Part shown: positions 23,668 to 32,000 of the stretch, in pieces
Layout of the letters: the number at the start of each line of letters is the position of its first letter
How positions within the stretch are numbered: the first letter of the stretch is position 1
DNA from: Mycobacterium leprae TN
GTDB lineage: Bacteria; Actinomycetota; Actinomycetes; Mycobacteriales; Mycobacteriaceae
Length of the DNA stretch: 32,000 bases
Reading direction: 5' to 3'
Assembly (NCBI RefSeq): GCF_000195855.1
Contig: NC_002677.1
Location: 1 to 32,000 of the forward strand
Position numbers and translations under genes: made by a program
Notes under the pieces: generated by a model
The model's database searches: none
What the model was told of the DNA's origin: nothing
The model's input: the letters and a program-made list of their open reading frames with translations, nothing else

Positions 23668-25061
23668 ACCCTTTCGATCACTTCGGTACTTGCCACCGCG
23701 ATCGGGGACGTGTTGTGTGGGCGGCTGCGTAACGGATGTCGAGCGCTATGCGAGATGCGTGCCAGGATGGCCAGCAGCACATAGTTCGCCAGCAATGACG
23801 ATCCACCGTAAGACATCCACGGTGTGGTCAAGCCGGTCAGCGGAATGAGCGTGGTAACGCCACCGCTGACGATGAACAGTTGGATGGCCAGCGTCGATGC
23901 CAGACCTGCGGCCAACAGTTTACCGAAACTGTCGCGTGTGGCGATAGCCGTGCGCAGGCCGCGGACGATGACAATCGTGTAGAGCATGAGAAGGGCAGCT
24001 AGGCCCACCAATCCAAGCTCTTCGCCGAATACGGCGATAATGAAATCAGTTGAGGCCGCAGGTATGGCATCGGGTTGACCGTTACCCAGGCCGGTGCCGA
24101 AAATACCTCCGGTAGCGAAGCTAAAAAGCGATTGCACAATCTGATAGCCACCGACATCGAGATTGGTGAAGGGATCCCACCACACTTGCATGCGAACCCG
24201 GATGTGTTCGAAAGTGAAGTATGCTATAGTGCTTCCCGCAGTGAACAACACCAGGCCGATGATGACCCAACTGAGACGCTGAGTGGCGAGGTAAACCACC
24301 ACCAGAAACGATGCGTAGAGCAGCAGCGAAGTGCCGAGGTCCTTTTCGAAGACCATCACACTTACCGAGATCACCCAGGCAGCCAGTAACGGCGCGAGGT
24401 CTCGCGGCCGGGGCAGGGTCATACCTATTAAATGCTTACCGGCGCTGGTGAACAGGCTGCGTTTAGCGACTAGCACTGCTGCGAAGAAGATCAGCAACAG
24501 AATCTTCGAAAATTCGGCGGGCTGAATCGAAAAACCCGGAAAGCGGATCCAAATCTTAGCACCGTTTTGTTCGGGCAGCGGTGCGGGAATTGCCAAGAAA
24601 ACCAGACCCGTCAATCCGGATATGTAGCCATAGCGTGCGAGCTGGCGATGGTCTTTTAACACGGTCATCACCAGCACAAATGCGGCCACCCCGACCAGGG
24701 TCCACAGCATCTGTTGGGCCGCACTGGTGTGATGGTGACCGGTGACGTCGTTATCAACAAGGTCGAGTCGGTGGATCATCACCAGGCCCAGTCCGTTGAG
24801 CAAGGCCACTATTGGTAGTAGTAGCGGGTCGGTGTAGGGAGCGAAACGTCTTATAGCTAGATGGGCGGATGCGAACAATGACCAGAAGATCAGCCCGTAG
24901 CCGGCCAGGTACCAACGAAAGTTTCTCTCTTGGTTGGCTTCCACGATGGCCAGTGCGGCGACGGTGATCACGGCGGCGAAGCCAAGTAGCAGCAGCTCAG
25001 CGTTACGTCGCGTGGGCAACGGAGGTGTCACTGTGACCACCGGCTGAAGTTGCGTTGTCAT
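23664..25061 (-). CDS. rodA: SEDS-family peptidoglycan glycosyltransferase RodA (465 aa)
   Basis: Multi-TM SEDS protein: NGLGLVMIHRLD, IRFPGFSIQPAEFSKI, FEKDLGTSLL, GLGNGQPDAIPAASTDFIIAVFGEELG, MSYGGSSLL. Confidence 0.95.
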   Translation of the reverse strand: MTTQLQPVVTVTPPLPTRRNAELLLLGFAAVITVAALAIVEANQERNFRWYLAGYGLIFWSLFASAHLAIRRFAPYTDPLLLPIVALLNGLGLVMIHRLDLVDNDVTGHHHTSAAQQMLWTLVGVAAFVLVMTVLKDHRQLARYGYISGLTGLVFLAIPAPLPEQNGAKIWIRFPGFSIQPAEFSKILLLIFFAAVLVAKRSLFTSAGKHLIGMTLPRPRDLAPLLAAWVISVSVMVFEKDLGTSLLLYASFLVVVYLATQRLSWVIIGLVLFTAGSTIAYFTFEHIRVRMQVWWDPFTNLDVGGYQIVQSLFSFATGGIFGTGLGNGQPDAIPAASTDFIIAVFGEELGLVGLAALLMLYTIVIVRGLRTAIATRDSFGKLLAAGLASTLAIQLFIVSGGVTTLIPLTGLTTPWMSYGGSSLLANYVLLAILARISHSARHPLRSRPHNTSPIAVASTEVIERV

Positions 25062-26587
25062 GCCACCGCCCGGCAGTCGATGCCCGGTTGGGGTGGGGGT
25101 GGTGGAAGGATGGTGACCGTCTGCGAGGTGCCCACCGGCGTTGTCGGCGCGGTACTTGCGGGGCTGCTAGTGGGACTTATGTTGGTGGGTGCGGTGCCGC
25201 TGGAAGAGGTGATCGTGGGTGGTGTGGTGGACGTTGGCGACGCTGTATTAGTTGGTTGGGGTGTCCCGCTGTCTGTGGGCATGGTAAAGGGCCCCGGCGG
25301 CGATGTCGCGCGGGGTGGCGGACAGGTTGGTAGTAGGGAGTCGGCCAACAATTTTCGTAGCTGCGATTCGGCCTGATCTAGGTTACCTCCGGGCAGTCCA
25401 GCCTGGACTTGCGCCCCTCCAGAGGGACGTAAGTCCCGCAGAGTCATTACCTGGCAATTGAGGTGACCTCCGGATTGTCCGTAACTAATCAGGGATAGCT
25501 CGTTGCGGGTGTTCAGACAGCCCACCAAATAGGGTTCGTGCAAAGGCATTCCGAGCAGCGAGCCTTGAATGCCTCGCACGATGGACACCTTGCCACTGTA
25601 TTCGGCAATGTAGTAGTTGTCCCGGATGACCCATCGCCCAATGGCCACTCCGGCGAGGACAAGTAGCACTAACAGTGTGAGTGTGATGCCTGTTTGGCGT
25701 TGCGACCACCGCTGTTGATGTACTTTATCGACTTGTGGCGCCATACTTTTGGCTATCTCTTTGCGTGGGACAATAGCTGAGGCGCGGCTAGCGGCGGTGT
25801 TGGGCAGGGCCATCTGCTGGCTTTCTTCGCCCGACACCGCGCCGGCGAGAATCGGTTGGGTCTGGCCGTAGTCGTAGTCGATGACGTCAGCGACTACAAC
25901 CGTTACATTGTCGGGTCCGCCACCGCGCAGCGCTAATTCAATAAGCCGATAGGCACTCTCGGCGACGTCGGGGATCTGCAGGGCCTCGAGGATGGTCTCG
26001 TCACTCACCGGATCGGATAATCCGTCCGAACACAGCAGATAACGATCACCAGCGCGGGCTTCTCTCATGGTGAGAGTGGGATCCACTTCGTGGCCGGTCA
26101 ATGCTCGCATGATCAATGAGCGCTGTGGGTGGCTGTGTGCTTCTTCCGCGGTGATCCGACCTTCGTCGACCAGGGTTTGGACAAAGGTGTCGTCTTTGGT
26201 GATCTGGGTCAGCTCGCCGTCTCGCAGTAGGTAGCCGCGTGAGTCACCGATGTGCACCAGGCCGAGACGGTTGCCTGCGAACAGGATTGCGGTGAGCGTG
26301 GTTCCCATGCCCTCGAAATCGGGTTCCATCTCGACTTGTGCGGCGATTGCCAAGTTTCCGGCACGCACCGCCGTCTCGAGCTTGCCAAGCAGGTCGCCCC
26401 CGGGTTCGTCGTCATCGAGATGGGCCAGTGCGGCGATCACCAATTGGGACGCCACTTCGCCAGCGGCGTGACCACCCATGCCGTCGGCGAGGGCGAGTAG
26501 GCGTGCACCGGCGTAAACCGAGTCTTCATTATTGGCGCGCACCAGGCCGCGATCGCTGCGGGCCGCATATCGGAGGACCAGGGTCAC
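25058..26587 (-). CDS. pstP: PP2C-family Ser/Thr phosphatase PstP (509 aa)
   Basis: PP2C motifs RGLVRANNEDS, LLALADGMGGHAAGEVAS, HIGDSRGYLLRDG, YLLCSDGLSD, GGGPDNVTVVV. TM segment and Pro/Thr-rich C-terminus. Confidence 0.95.
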   Translation of the reverse strand: MTLVLRYAARSDRGLVRANNEDSVYAGARLLALADGMGGHAAGEVASQLVIAALAHLDDDEPGGDLLGKLETAVRAGNLAIAAQVEMEPDFEGMGTTLTAILFAGNRLGLVHIGDSRGYLLRDGELTQITKDDTFVQTLVDEGRITAEEAHSHPQRSLIMRALTGHEVDPTLTMREARAGDRYLLCSDGLSDPVSDETILEALQIPDVAESAYRLIELALRGGGPDNVTVVVADVIDYDYGQTQPILAGAVSGEESQQMALPNTAASRASAIVPRKEIAKSMAPQVDKVHQQRWSQRQTGITLTLLVLLVLAGVAIGRWVIRDNYYIAEYSGKVSIVRGIQGSLLGMPLHEPYLVGCLNTRNELSLISYGQSGGHLNCQVMTLRDLRPSGGAQVQAGLPGGNLDQAESQLRKLLADSLLPTCPPPRATSPPGPFTMPTDSGTPQPTNTASPTSTTPPTITSSSGTAPTNISPTSSPASTAPTTPVGTSQTVTILPPPPPQPGIDCRAVA

Positions 26588-27051
26588 GGGCGCAACTCGA
26601 TTGCCGTTTTGCCGATTCGAACCGGTGTTCCTAATGGAACTCGTACCGCAGTTGTCACCTTCGCCCTGTCAAGATATGTACCGTTGGTCGATCCTAGATC
26701 CTCCACATACCATTCCGAACCGCGTTGAGACAGCCGAGCGTGCCGATTTGACGCATAGTCGTCGGTAAGTACCAAGGTGGAGTCGTCAGCGCGGCCGATC
26801 AACACCGGCTGCCCGCTGAGGGTAATGCGGGCGCCGGTCAGCGACCCTTCAGTCACCATCAGGTAGCGTGCAGCGTGCCGGCGTTGGCGCGATAGCAGAA
26901 GCGTGTTGCGCAACGTTAAGCTCCGCCGGACCATGACTGCCCCGGTCGGCGCGTAGATATCAGTCTTCAAGATCTGCAGGACAGACCAGATAAATACCCA
27001 TAGCAACATCAAAAATCCGGCACGCGCCAGTTGCAGTACTAGTCCCTGCAT
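26584..27051 (-). CDS. fhaB: FHA-domain protein FhaB/FipA (155 aa from MQGLVLQL)
   Basis: N-terminal TM and FHA domain (ILIGRADDSTLVLTDDYASNRHARL.. STNGTYLD). The track start at 27114 is probably upstream of the real start. Confidence 0.92.
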   Translation of the reverse strand: MQGLVLQLARAGFLMLLWVFIWSVLQILKTDIYAPTGAVMVRRSLTLRNTLLLSRQRRHAARYLMVTEGSLTGARITLSGQPVLIGRADDSTLVLTDDYASNRHARLSQRGSEWYVEDLGSTNGTYLDRAKVTTAVRVPLGTPVRIGKTAIELRP

Positions 27052-27172
27052 CTGGCGTCCTTTCTGTCCTGTTGCTGTACGCGCCCCTGTGAGCCGAACA
27101 CACAGCAACGTCACGATACTTGGACGGTGGTCGACGTGTGGTAAAGCACGGCAATATTGCAGCCCAGTGGGC

Positions 27173-28639
27173 TCAGTGAATGCGAACGATGATCTCTGAG
27201 TGGCCTAAACGGATCACGTCCCCATCGGCCAATTGCCATTCTTGTACCGGAGCATTGTTGACGGTGGTGCCGTTCGTCGAGTTGAGGTCGGAGAGCAGTG
27301 CTACCTGTCCATCCCAGCGGATTTCCAGGTGTCGGCGAGACACACCGGTGTCGGGCAACCGGAACTGGGCGTCCTGTCCCCGGCCCACGATGTTGGAGCC
27401 TTCACGCAGCTGGTAGGTCCGGCCGCTGCCGTCGTCGAGCTGCAGGATGACCGCGCTTCCCAGTGCTCCGTAGCCTCCGTATCCACCGATCACCGGTTGG
27501 CTATAGTCATTAGCGGCTCCTGGCTGACCGTAGTCGTAGTCGCGGCCGGCTGGCTCGGCGTACCCACCGCTGGAAGGCGCATACACTCCGCCCGGCAGGT
27601 TTTCGGCGTATTGGGTGTATTCCTGTCGTCCGTAGTCCTCCCTGCCGTATCCGAGTCCACTGTGCTGATACCCCTGGTCGTAGCCGCCTCCTTGGTCGGG
27701 GTAGGCCACACGTTGTTCAGGCGGAGCGGGAAAACCCGATGGAGTATAGCTACCCTCATCCGGGCGAGCTGGCCCGCGGCCATAATCCCCGTACCCGCCG
27801 TAGCCTGGCTGGCCACCGCTGGGAGGGCCGTAGCTGCCTGGACGATAGCCTTGGTCGTGACCTTGGCTGCCGTAACCACCAGGAGTTGCCGGACGCTGTT
27901 CATAGGGCGACGGGTAGCCACCTTGCCCCTGGTCGTGGTAGGCGCGTTGGTCTTCGTACCCGCCTTGGCCCGGGTAGCCACCCTGATCCGGGCGGTGGAG
28001 TGGCGGATGTCCGGCCTGTTGTGGGTAGCTTCCTGGTTTCGGTGGATAGCAGCCTCGGGGGTCCTGTCCGCCTTGGGGGTCCGCGCCGCGTGGATCGTCT
28101 TGCGGTCGACCGTAGTAGTCATCGCTAGGGCGGCCCTGCCCTTGACCTCCGCGGTAGCTCGAGTTATCAGTCATCGGTGGTACTCCTGGTTCTGCGCTGA
28201 ACGCTTGATTAGATTGTGTCCGGACGGGATCGTTAACCGTCGGGCGGGGCTCGACATCGGGGTTGACAACACTGCGGGCGCGGATCTGCCCGGTATGCAG
28301 ACTCGATGACTGGTCGAATCGGACGACTACATCACCATACGTTTGCCACCCCTGTTCATGGATATAGTCAGCCAAGTCGCTAGCGAAAGCGCTTGACGTG
28401 AGGTCTGGGTCGGCTTTCATCTTCTCAAGGTCGTGCACACCGAGGGTAATGATGTATTCGTTGGGCGCCAGAAGGCGATTTCCCTGCAGCGATCGGACGC
28501 CGTCGGAGGCTTCACGCCGCAATAGGGCTTCAACCTCTTGCGGAACTATCGATCCCCCGAACATCCGGGCAAACGCATCGTCTATGCTCGACTCGAGTTT
28601 GCGCTCGATGCGCTGTATTAATTCTTTTTGGTTATCCAT
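27173..28639 (-). CDS. fhaA: FHA-domain protein FhaA with Gly/Tyr/Gln/Pro-rich linker (488 aa)
   Basis: N-terminal DUF3662-like region (MDNQKELIQRIERKLESSIDDAFARMFGG), low-complexity linker, C-terminal FHA (NIVGRGQDAQFRLPDTGVSRRHLEI.. LNSTNGTTVN). Confidence 0.94.
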   Translation of the reverse strand: MDNQKELIQRIERKLESSIDDAFARMFGGSIVPQEVEALLRREASDGVRSLQGNRLLAPNEYIITLGVHDLEKMKADPDLTSSAFASDLADYIHEQGWQTYGDVVVRFDQSSSLHTGQIRARSVVNPDVEPRPTVNDPVRTQSNQAFSAEPGVPPMTDNSSYRGGQGQGRPSDDYYGRPQDDPRGADPQGGQDPRGCYPPKPGSYPQQAGHPPLHRPDQGGYPGQGGYEDQRAYHDQGQGGYPSPYEQRPATPGGYGSQGHDQGYRPGSYGPPSGGQPGYGGYGDYGRGPARPDEGSYTPSGFPAPPEQRVAYPDQGGGYDQGYQHSGLGYGREDYGRQEYTQYAENLPGGVYAPSSGGYAEPAGRDYDYGQPGAANDYSQPVIGGYGGYGALGSAVILQLDDGSGRTYQLREGSNIVGRGQDAQFRLPDTGVSRRHLEIRWDGQVALLSDLNSTNGTTVNNAPVQEWQLADGDVIRLGHSEIIVRIH

Positions 28640-28889
28640 TGTTTAGCGTTCGCCTGCATTTGTTCTGGAATATCGCCCACAAGGCAAACGCCTTGTTTGC
28701 ATGTCGTATCACCCAAGCATGGTATCGGTACACTGCAACGTTGGGGCACCGTGGTAATTTTGAGAATTGTATTAGGCAGTTCAGAAGCGCCTGGTCGACA
28801 GAGGCCATGATGGGGAAGTTCTTGGCAGATGCACGAAGACTAGTTGGGTGCGCGGCTACTACGATGATATGGTCCACCGGTTGTCTTTC

Positions 28890-28972
28890 GGGCGAGTGGC
28901 GGAATGGCAGACGCGCTGGCTTCAGGTGCCAGTGTCCCTCGGGACGTGGGGGTTCAAGTCCCCCTTCGCCCA
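28890..28972 (+). tRNA. leuT: tRNA-Leu(CAG)
   Basis: GGGCGAG acceptor pairs TTCGCCC. Anticodon arm CTGGCTTCAGGTGCCAG has CAG anticodon. Variable arm GTCCCTCGGGAC; T-arm GGGGGTTCAAGTCCCCC. Confidence 0.95.
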
Positions 28973-28999
28973 CTCTCGTGATGAGTCGAGTCATGGGTT

Positions 29000-29034
29000 A
29001 CAAAATTCCCCGGCCATCGGCCGGGGAATTTTGT
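29000..29034 (+). terminator. Strong bidirectional-looking hairpin downstream of tRNA-Leu
   Basis: Perfect 16-bp inverted repeat ACAAAATTCCCCGGCC-ATC-GGCCGGGGAATTTTGT. Confidence 0.8.
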
Positions 29035-32000
29035 TTGGTTGGGCCAGTAGTTGTGGTCGAAGTTGATACACTGGCTGGCGATGAGGTGATGGCCCGTTTT
29101 GCTGATGATGGTGACGATGTTGGTTGTGACCGGCATTAGTACGGGGGTGTGGGTGTGAGTGCGACCGATGCCGAGGTGGTGTAGAAGGCTGCCGTGGCAC
29201 AGGGTCCTTTTGCTGAATTGGTTGACGGTGTCGTGTTGGATGCGGAAATGGGGTTGGGTCGGCAAGGTAGGCCTATTGGGATGTGAGTCAGCCGGAGTGA
29301 GCTTTTGCAGCGCATCAATCGCCGTTTCCGTGATCTGCTCGACATTCCGCTAGCCTTGGTAGCTACTCACCGGTTACCGAATATATGTGACCACGACTCT
29401 AAAGTAAGCGTGAATTGTGGTCTTGAGCGCCAAACAGCACTAAAGATCCACTAAGAGAGCGGGGTTACGATGCCTGAGTTCTTCGAAGATTAGCGTCCGG
29501 GCAGCACCTGGGTGTGACGTCAAGGATTTTGGTAGCAGATTCCTCTATTCGCCGCGGCTGTTCGTTCATACGGTTATCGCTTTTCCGTCCGTACTGAGGT
29601 TATTTTTCGCATCCTTACCCATCTCTGTGTAGTTGTCGCCATATCGTCAGATGCGTTTTCCGGAGGCCCTATCAGGTACTAGAAGATATCCTGCAGTGCA
29701 CTGTTGTTAAGTCTCGTCCTTGAGGGTCTTTAAATATAAATTATGCAGACGGGTATCGGAACGAAGTATATACCGTGCCTTTCGATTACCACGTCGCCGC
29801 TGAACCACAATACTTTGCTGGACAGCATGTTGTCTTGACTGCGGTGCACGATCACGATGGTGTCGATTCCCTGGCAGATGCTTTCGACGACAAACCGGAG
29901 CTTGGGAATACACTGCAACACATAGGGTCCAGTCGTGCCGCAATTCGGGGTGCAGGAGATGATTGTGGCCGTTTCCGGAAAAAGTTTTTGGAGGCTACAG
30001 GTTACGTGAACACCAAGTCTTCATGAAAATGCTGAATAAAATGACTCTACGTCGTGGGAATTCCCCTCTCCTAACCTATGATTGCCATAAAGCAACCGGA
30101 TCAACGTTCATGGGGCCACTGTAATGGCTACAACGCTAGCGATCCATTTTAAATGCTCATACCGTGGATATTTCCTTTCACATTCGATTGAACACAATGC
30201 GAAGTAAACAAAGTCCTGGAGAGAATCTCGATGGGGATCGAAAATGTAACGGCCGGGACAATTTTATTTTTGGCGGACTAACGTTTCAGCCATTAGACGA
30301 TCCAACCACAACGTGTTGGCGTGGCTAGCTGTGCCCGACCAGTCAGACGGCATGAGAGCTCACAGAGGAAGCAGATGCTCCGCTCGGCGAATTCCTTCTC
30401 GGTACGGATTCCCACATAGCGTAGGAAGGCCAGTTCACGTAGCTCTCGGCGATACCTGTTATCGGACGGCCTGGCGCAGTCTAAGGTGGTTCTGCCGGCT
30501 CCAGCTTCGTCCCCCGATCCGCTCTCGGATTCGTCCAGGTTGTCCGGGCCACTGGCATCGGCAGTGCCAGTGGTGTCGGTCATTGACTGCCAGGGTCATC
30601 TAACTGAATAGGTTTTGACACCGCCTGCAGAGGTTTCTGTGGCTACGTCCAGGCTGGTGGTCGGCAGTGGCTACCGCGAACGAACGTGCCTCCGGGAGGC
30701 TGTCGTAACCTAACTGGTCGGCACGGACAGTTCCCCTGATGGAGTGGTTGAGCCCGCTTTCGCCCATGGCCGCGGTAGTCAATGAGCCAGGGTTCGTGGT
30801 TACCGGGAACAGCGTTGGGGGCTAGAGTGCTGTGCCCGGGCAGTTCTGTAGCCTTGCCTAGCCACTAGCGATGTCTATTAGGTGTGGGCTGGAATGTCAT
30901 AACCGCGAAGGTTGTAGGCAAAAGCTGCTACCTTTGAGCTGTCCATTCATTGGTGCCTCAAAAAGGATTATGACTAGGTTCCCCATCAGCTCCAGCACGT
31001 CCGGCGGTGTTACCAGCGGGTAGTACTTGTTTTACCAGCTCCTGAAGCGCGTTGGGCACCGCGGCCGACGCTTATGGAATACTTGCCACGATGTTCTGCG
31101 CGTTGCCGGCGGAGGTGCCCGAGGGCTTGGGTGACCGTGGTGGTTTCGCCCGCCTGGGTTGGTACTGGACGTCAGCGATGCAATCGACGGCGACGCGGTT
31201 GCATAGCTGGACATGGCGTCTGTGTTGTGGTTTCAAATCTTGGTTGCCGCTATCAACAGGGCTTTCTGGCTAAAGAAGTTCGTCGCTACCAAGCACCATC
31301 AGCAGGCTGCTGTCGGCTGCCACCATCGGTGGCAGCACTATTTTCGAGAACGTTACCTGTAAGCAGAGGCCGTTGGGATGGCCTGGTTGGCTGTCTGTTC
31401 GGTCAGTGCAGCGGTCATTCTCAGCCACGCCACTATACGGTGTGAGTGCGACAGCTATTGCCGCTGCTGTCGGGCCCAGCCAGGGGTCCAATGGTCAGTC
31501 CGCCAATTTGCCCGCCTGATACGAGCGCGCGGTCTATTGCGGTTCAGCGGCCAGCTCTTCCCAGGCCATCGGCCAATATTGGTCTCGTTCCAGAGATGGC
31601 ATACATCCCGGCGGAGTGGATATCCGGCGGTAGTGAGGTGAAATCCATCGCCCAGCCTCTCATCGGTGAGCCGGGCAGTCTATCCGCTGGCGGCGTGGGT
31701 GAAGGCAAACGGGACAACACTAACGTCGGAACCGCGATTCTGCGCGCTGAAATTTTGTTAGTGACACTGGTGGCTGAGTCGACGGCCAAAAATCCAGCTG
31801 TCCCTAGAGCGCATGTTAATCCAGGTTTAGACTCAGACGGTGACGCTCACCAAAGGACTTGTGTAAGAAGAACTGGGCTTTTGCAGGTGTACTGATATCG
31901 GTCAGCGCTCATGCTGACGAGTTGCTGGAAAGAGCGACGATGTGTTTTGGTAACCTGAGCTGGCTATCGCAACGATCCTGACTATATGGGTGCCCAGTCA
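29035..32000. other. Gene-poor, apparently decayed region
   Basis: Only short overlapping ORFs without recognisable domains. The longest are 149 aa (31446-31895) and 123 aa. Confidence 0.55.

Noticed and set aside
27233-28309. 358-aa plus-strand ORF
   Set aside because: Antisense to fhaA; created by the low-complexity linker codon usage and has no coherent domain.
28632-28994. Minus-strand 120-aa ORF containing VGEGGLEPPRPEGHWHLKPARLPFRHSPE
   Set aside because: It is the antisense translation across tRNA-Leu(CAG), not a real protein.

Overview
The window is an origin-proximal Mycobacterium chromosome segment. Gene order, protein sequences and heavy non-coding decay fit Mycobacterium leprae, with window position 1 close to or equal to genome coordinate 1. 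Intact content in order: dnaA, oriC-type intergenic region, dnaN, recF, DUF721 gene, gyrB, gyrA with an in-frame 420-aa intein after Tyr130, Rv0007-like membrane protein, tRNA-Ile(GAT), tRNA-Ala(TGC), ppiA, PH-domain protein, crgA, Rv0012-like pseudogene, pabA/trpG-type amidotransferase, then the minus-strand cell-division/signalling cluster pknB-pknA-pbpA-rodA-pstP-fhaB-fhaA, and tRNA-Leu(CAG) followed by a strong hairpin. Two blocks (about 12.5-16.0 kb and 29.0-32.0 kb) have no convincing genes and look like decayed DNA. I found no previously undescribed defence, CRISPR or biosynthetic system. The most notable items are the gyrA intein, whose first LAGLIDADG motif looks catalytically compromised, an 11-bp tandem duplication inside a pseudogene, and the unusually long AT-rich gap between tRNA-Ala and ppiA.
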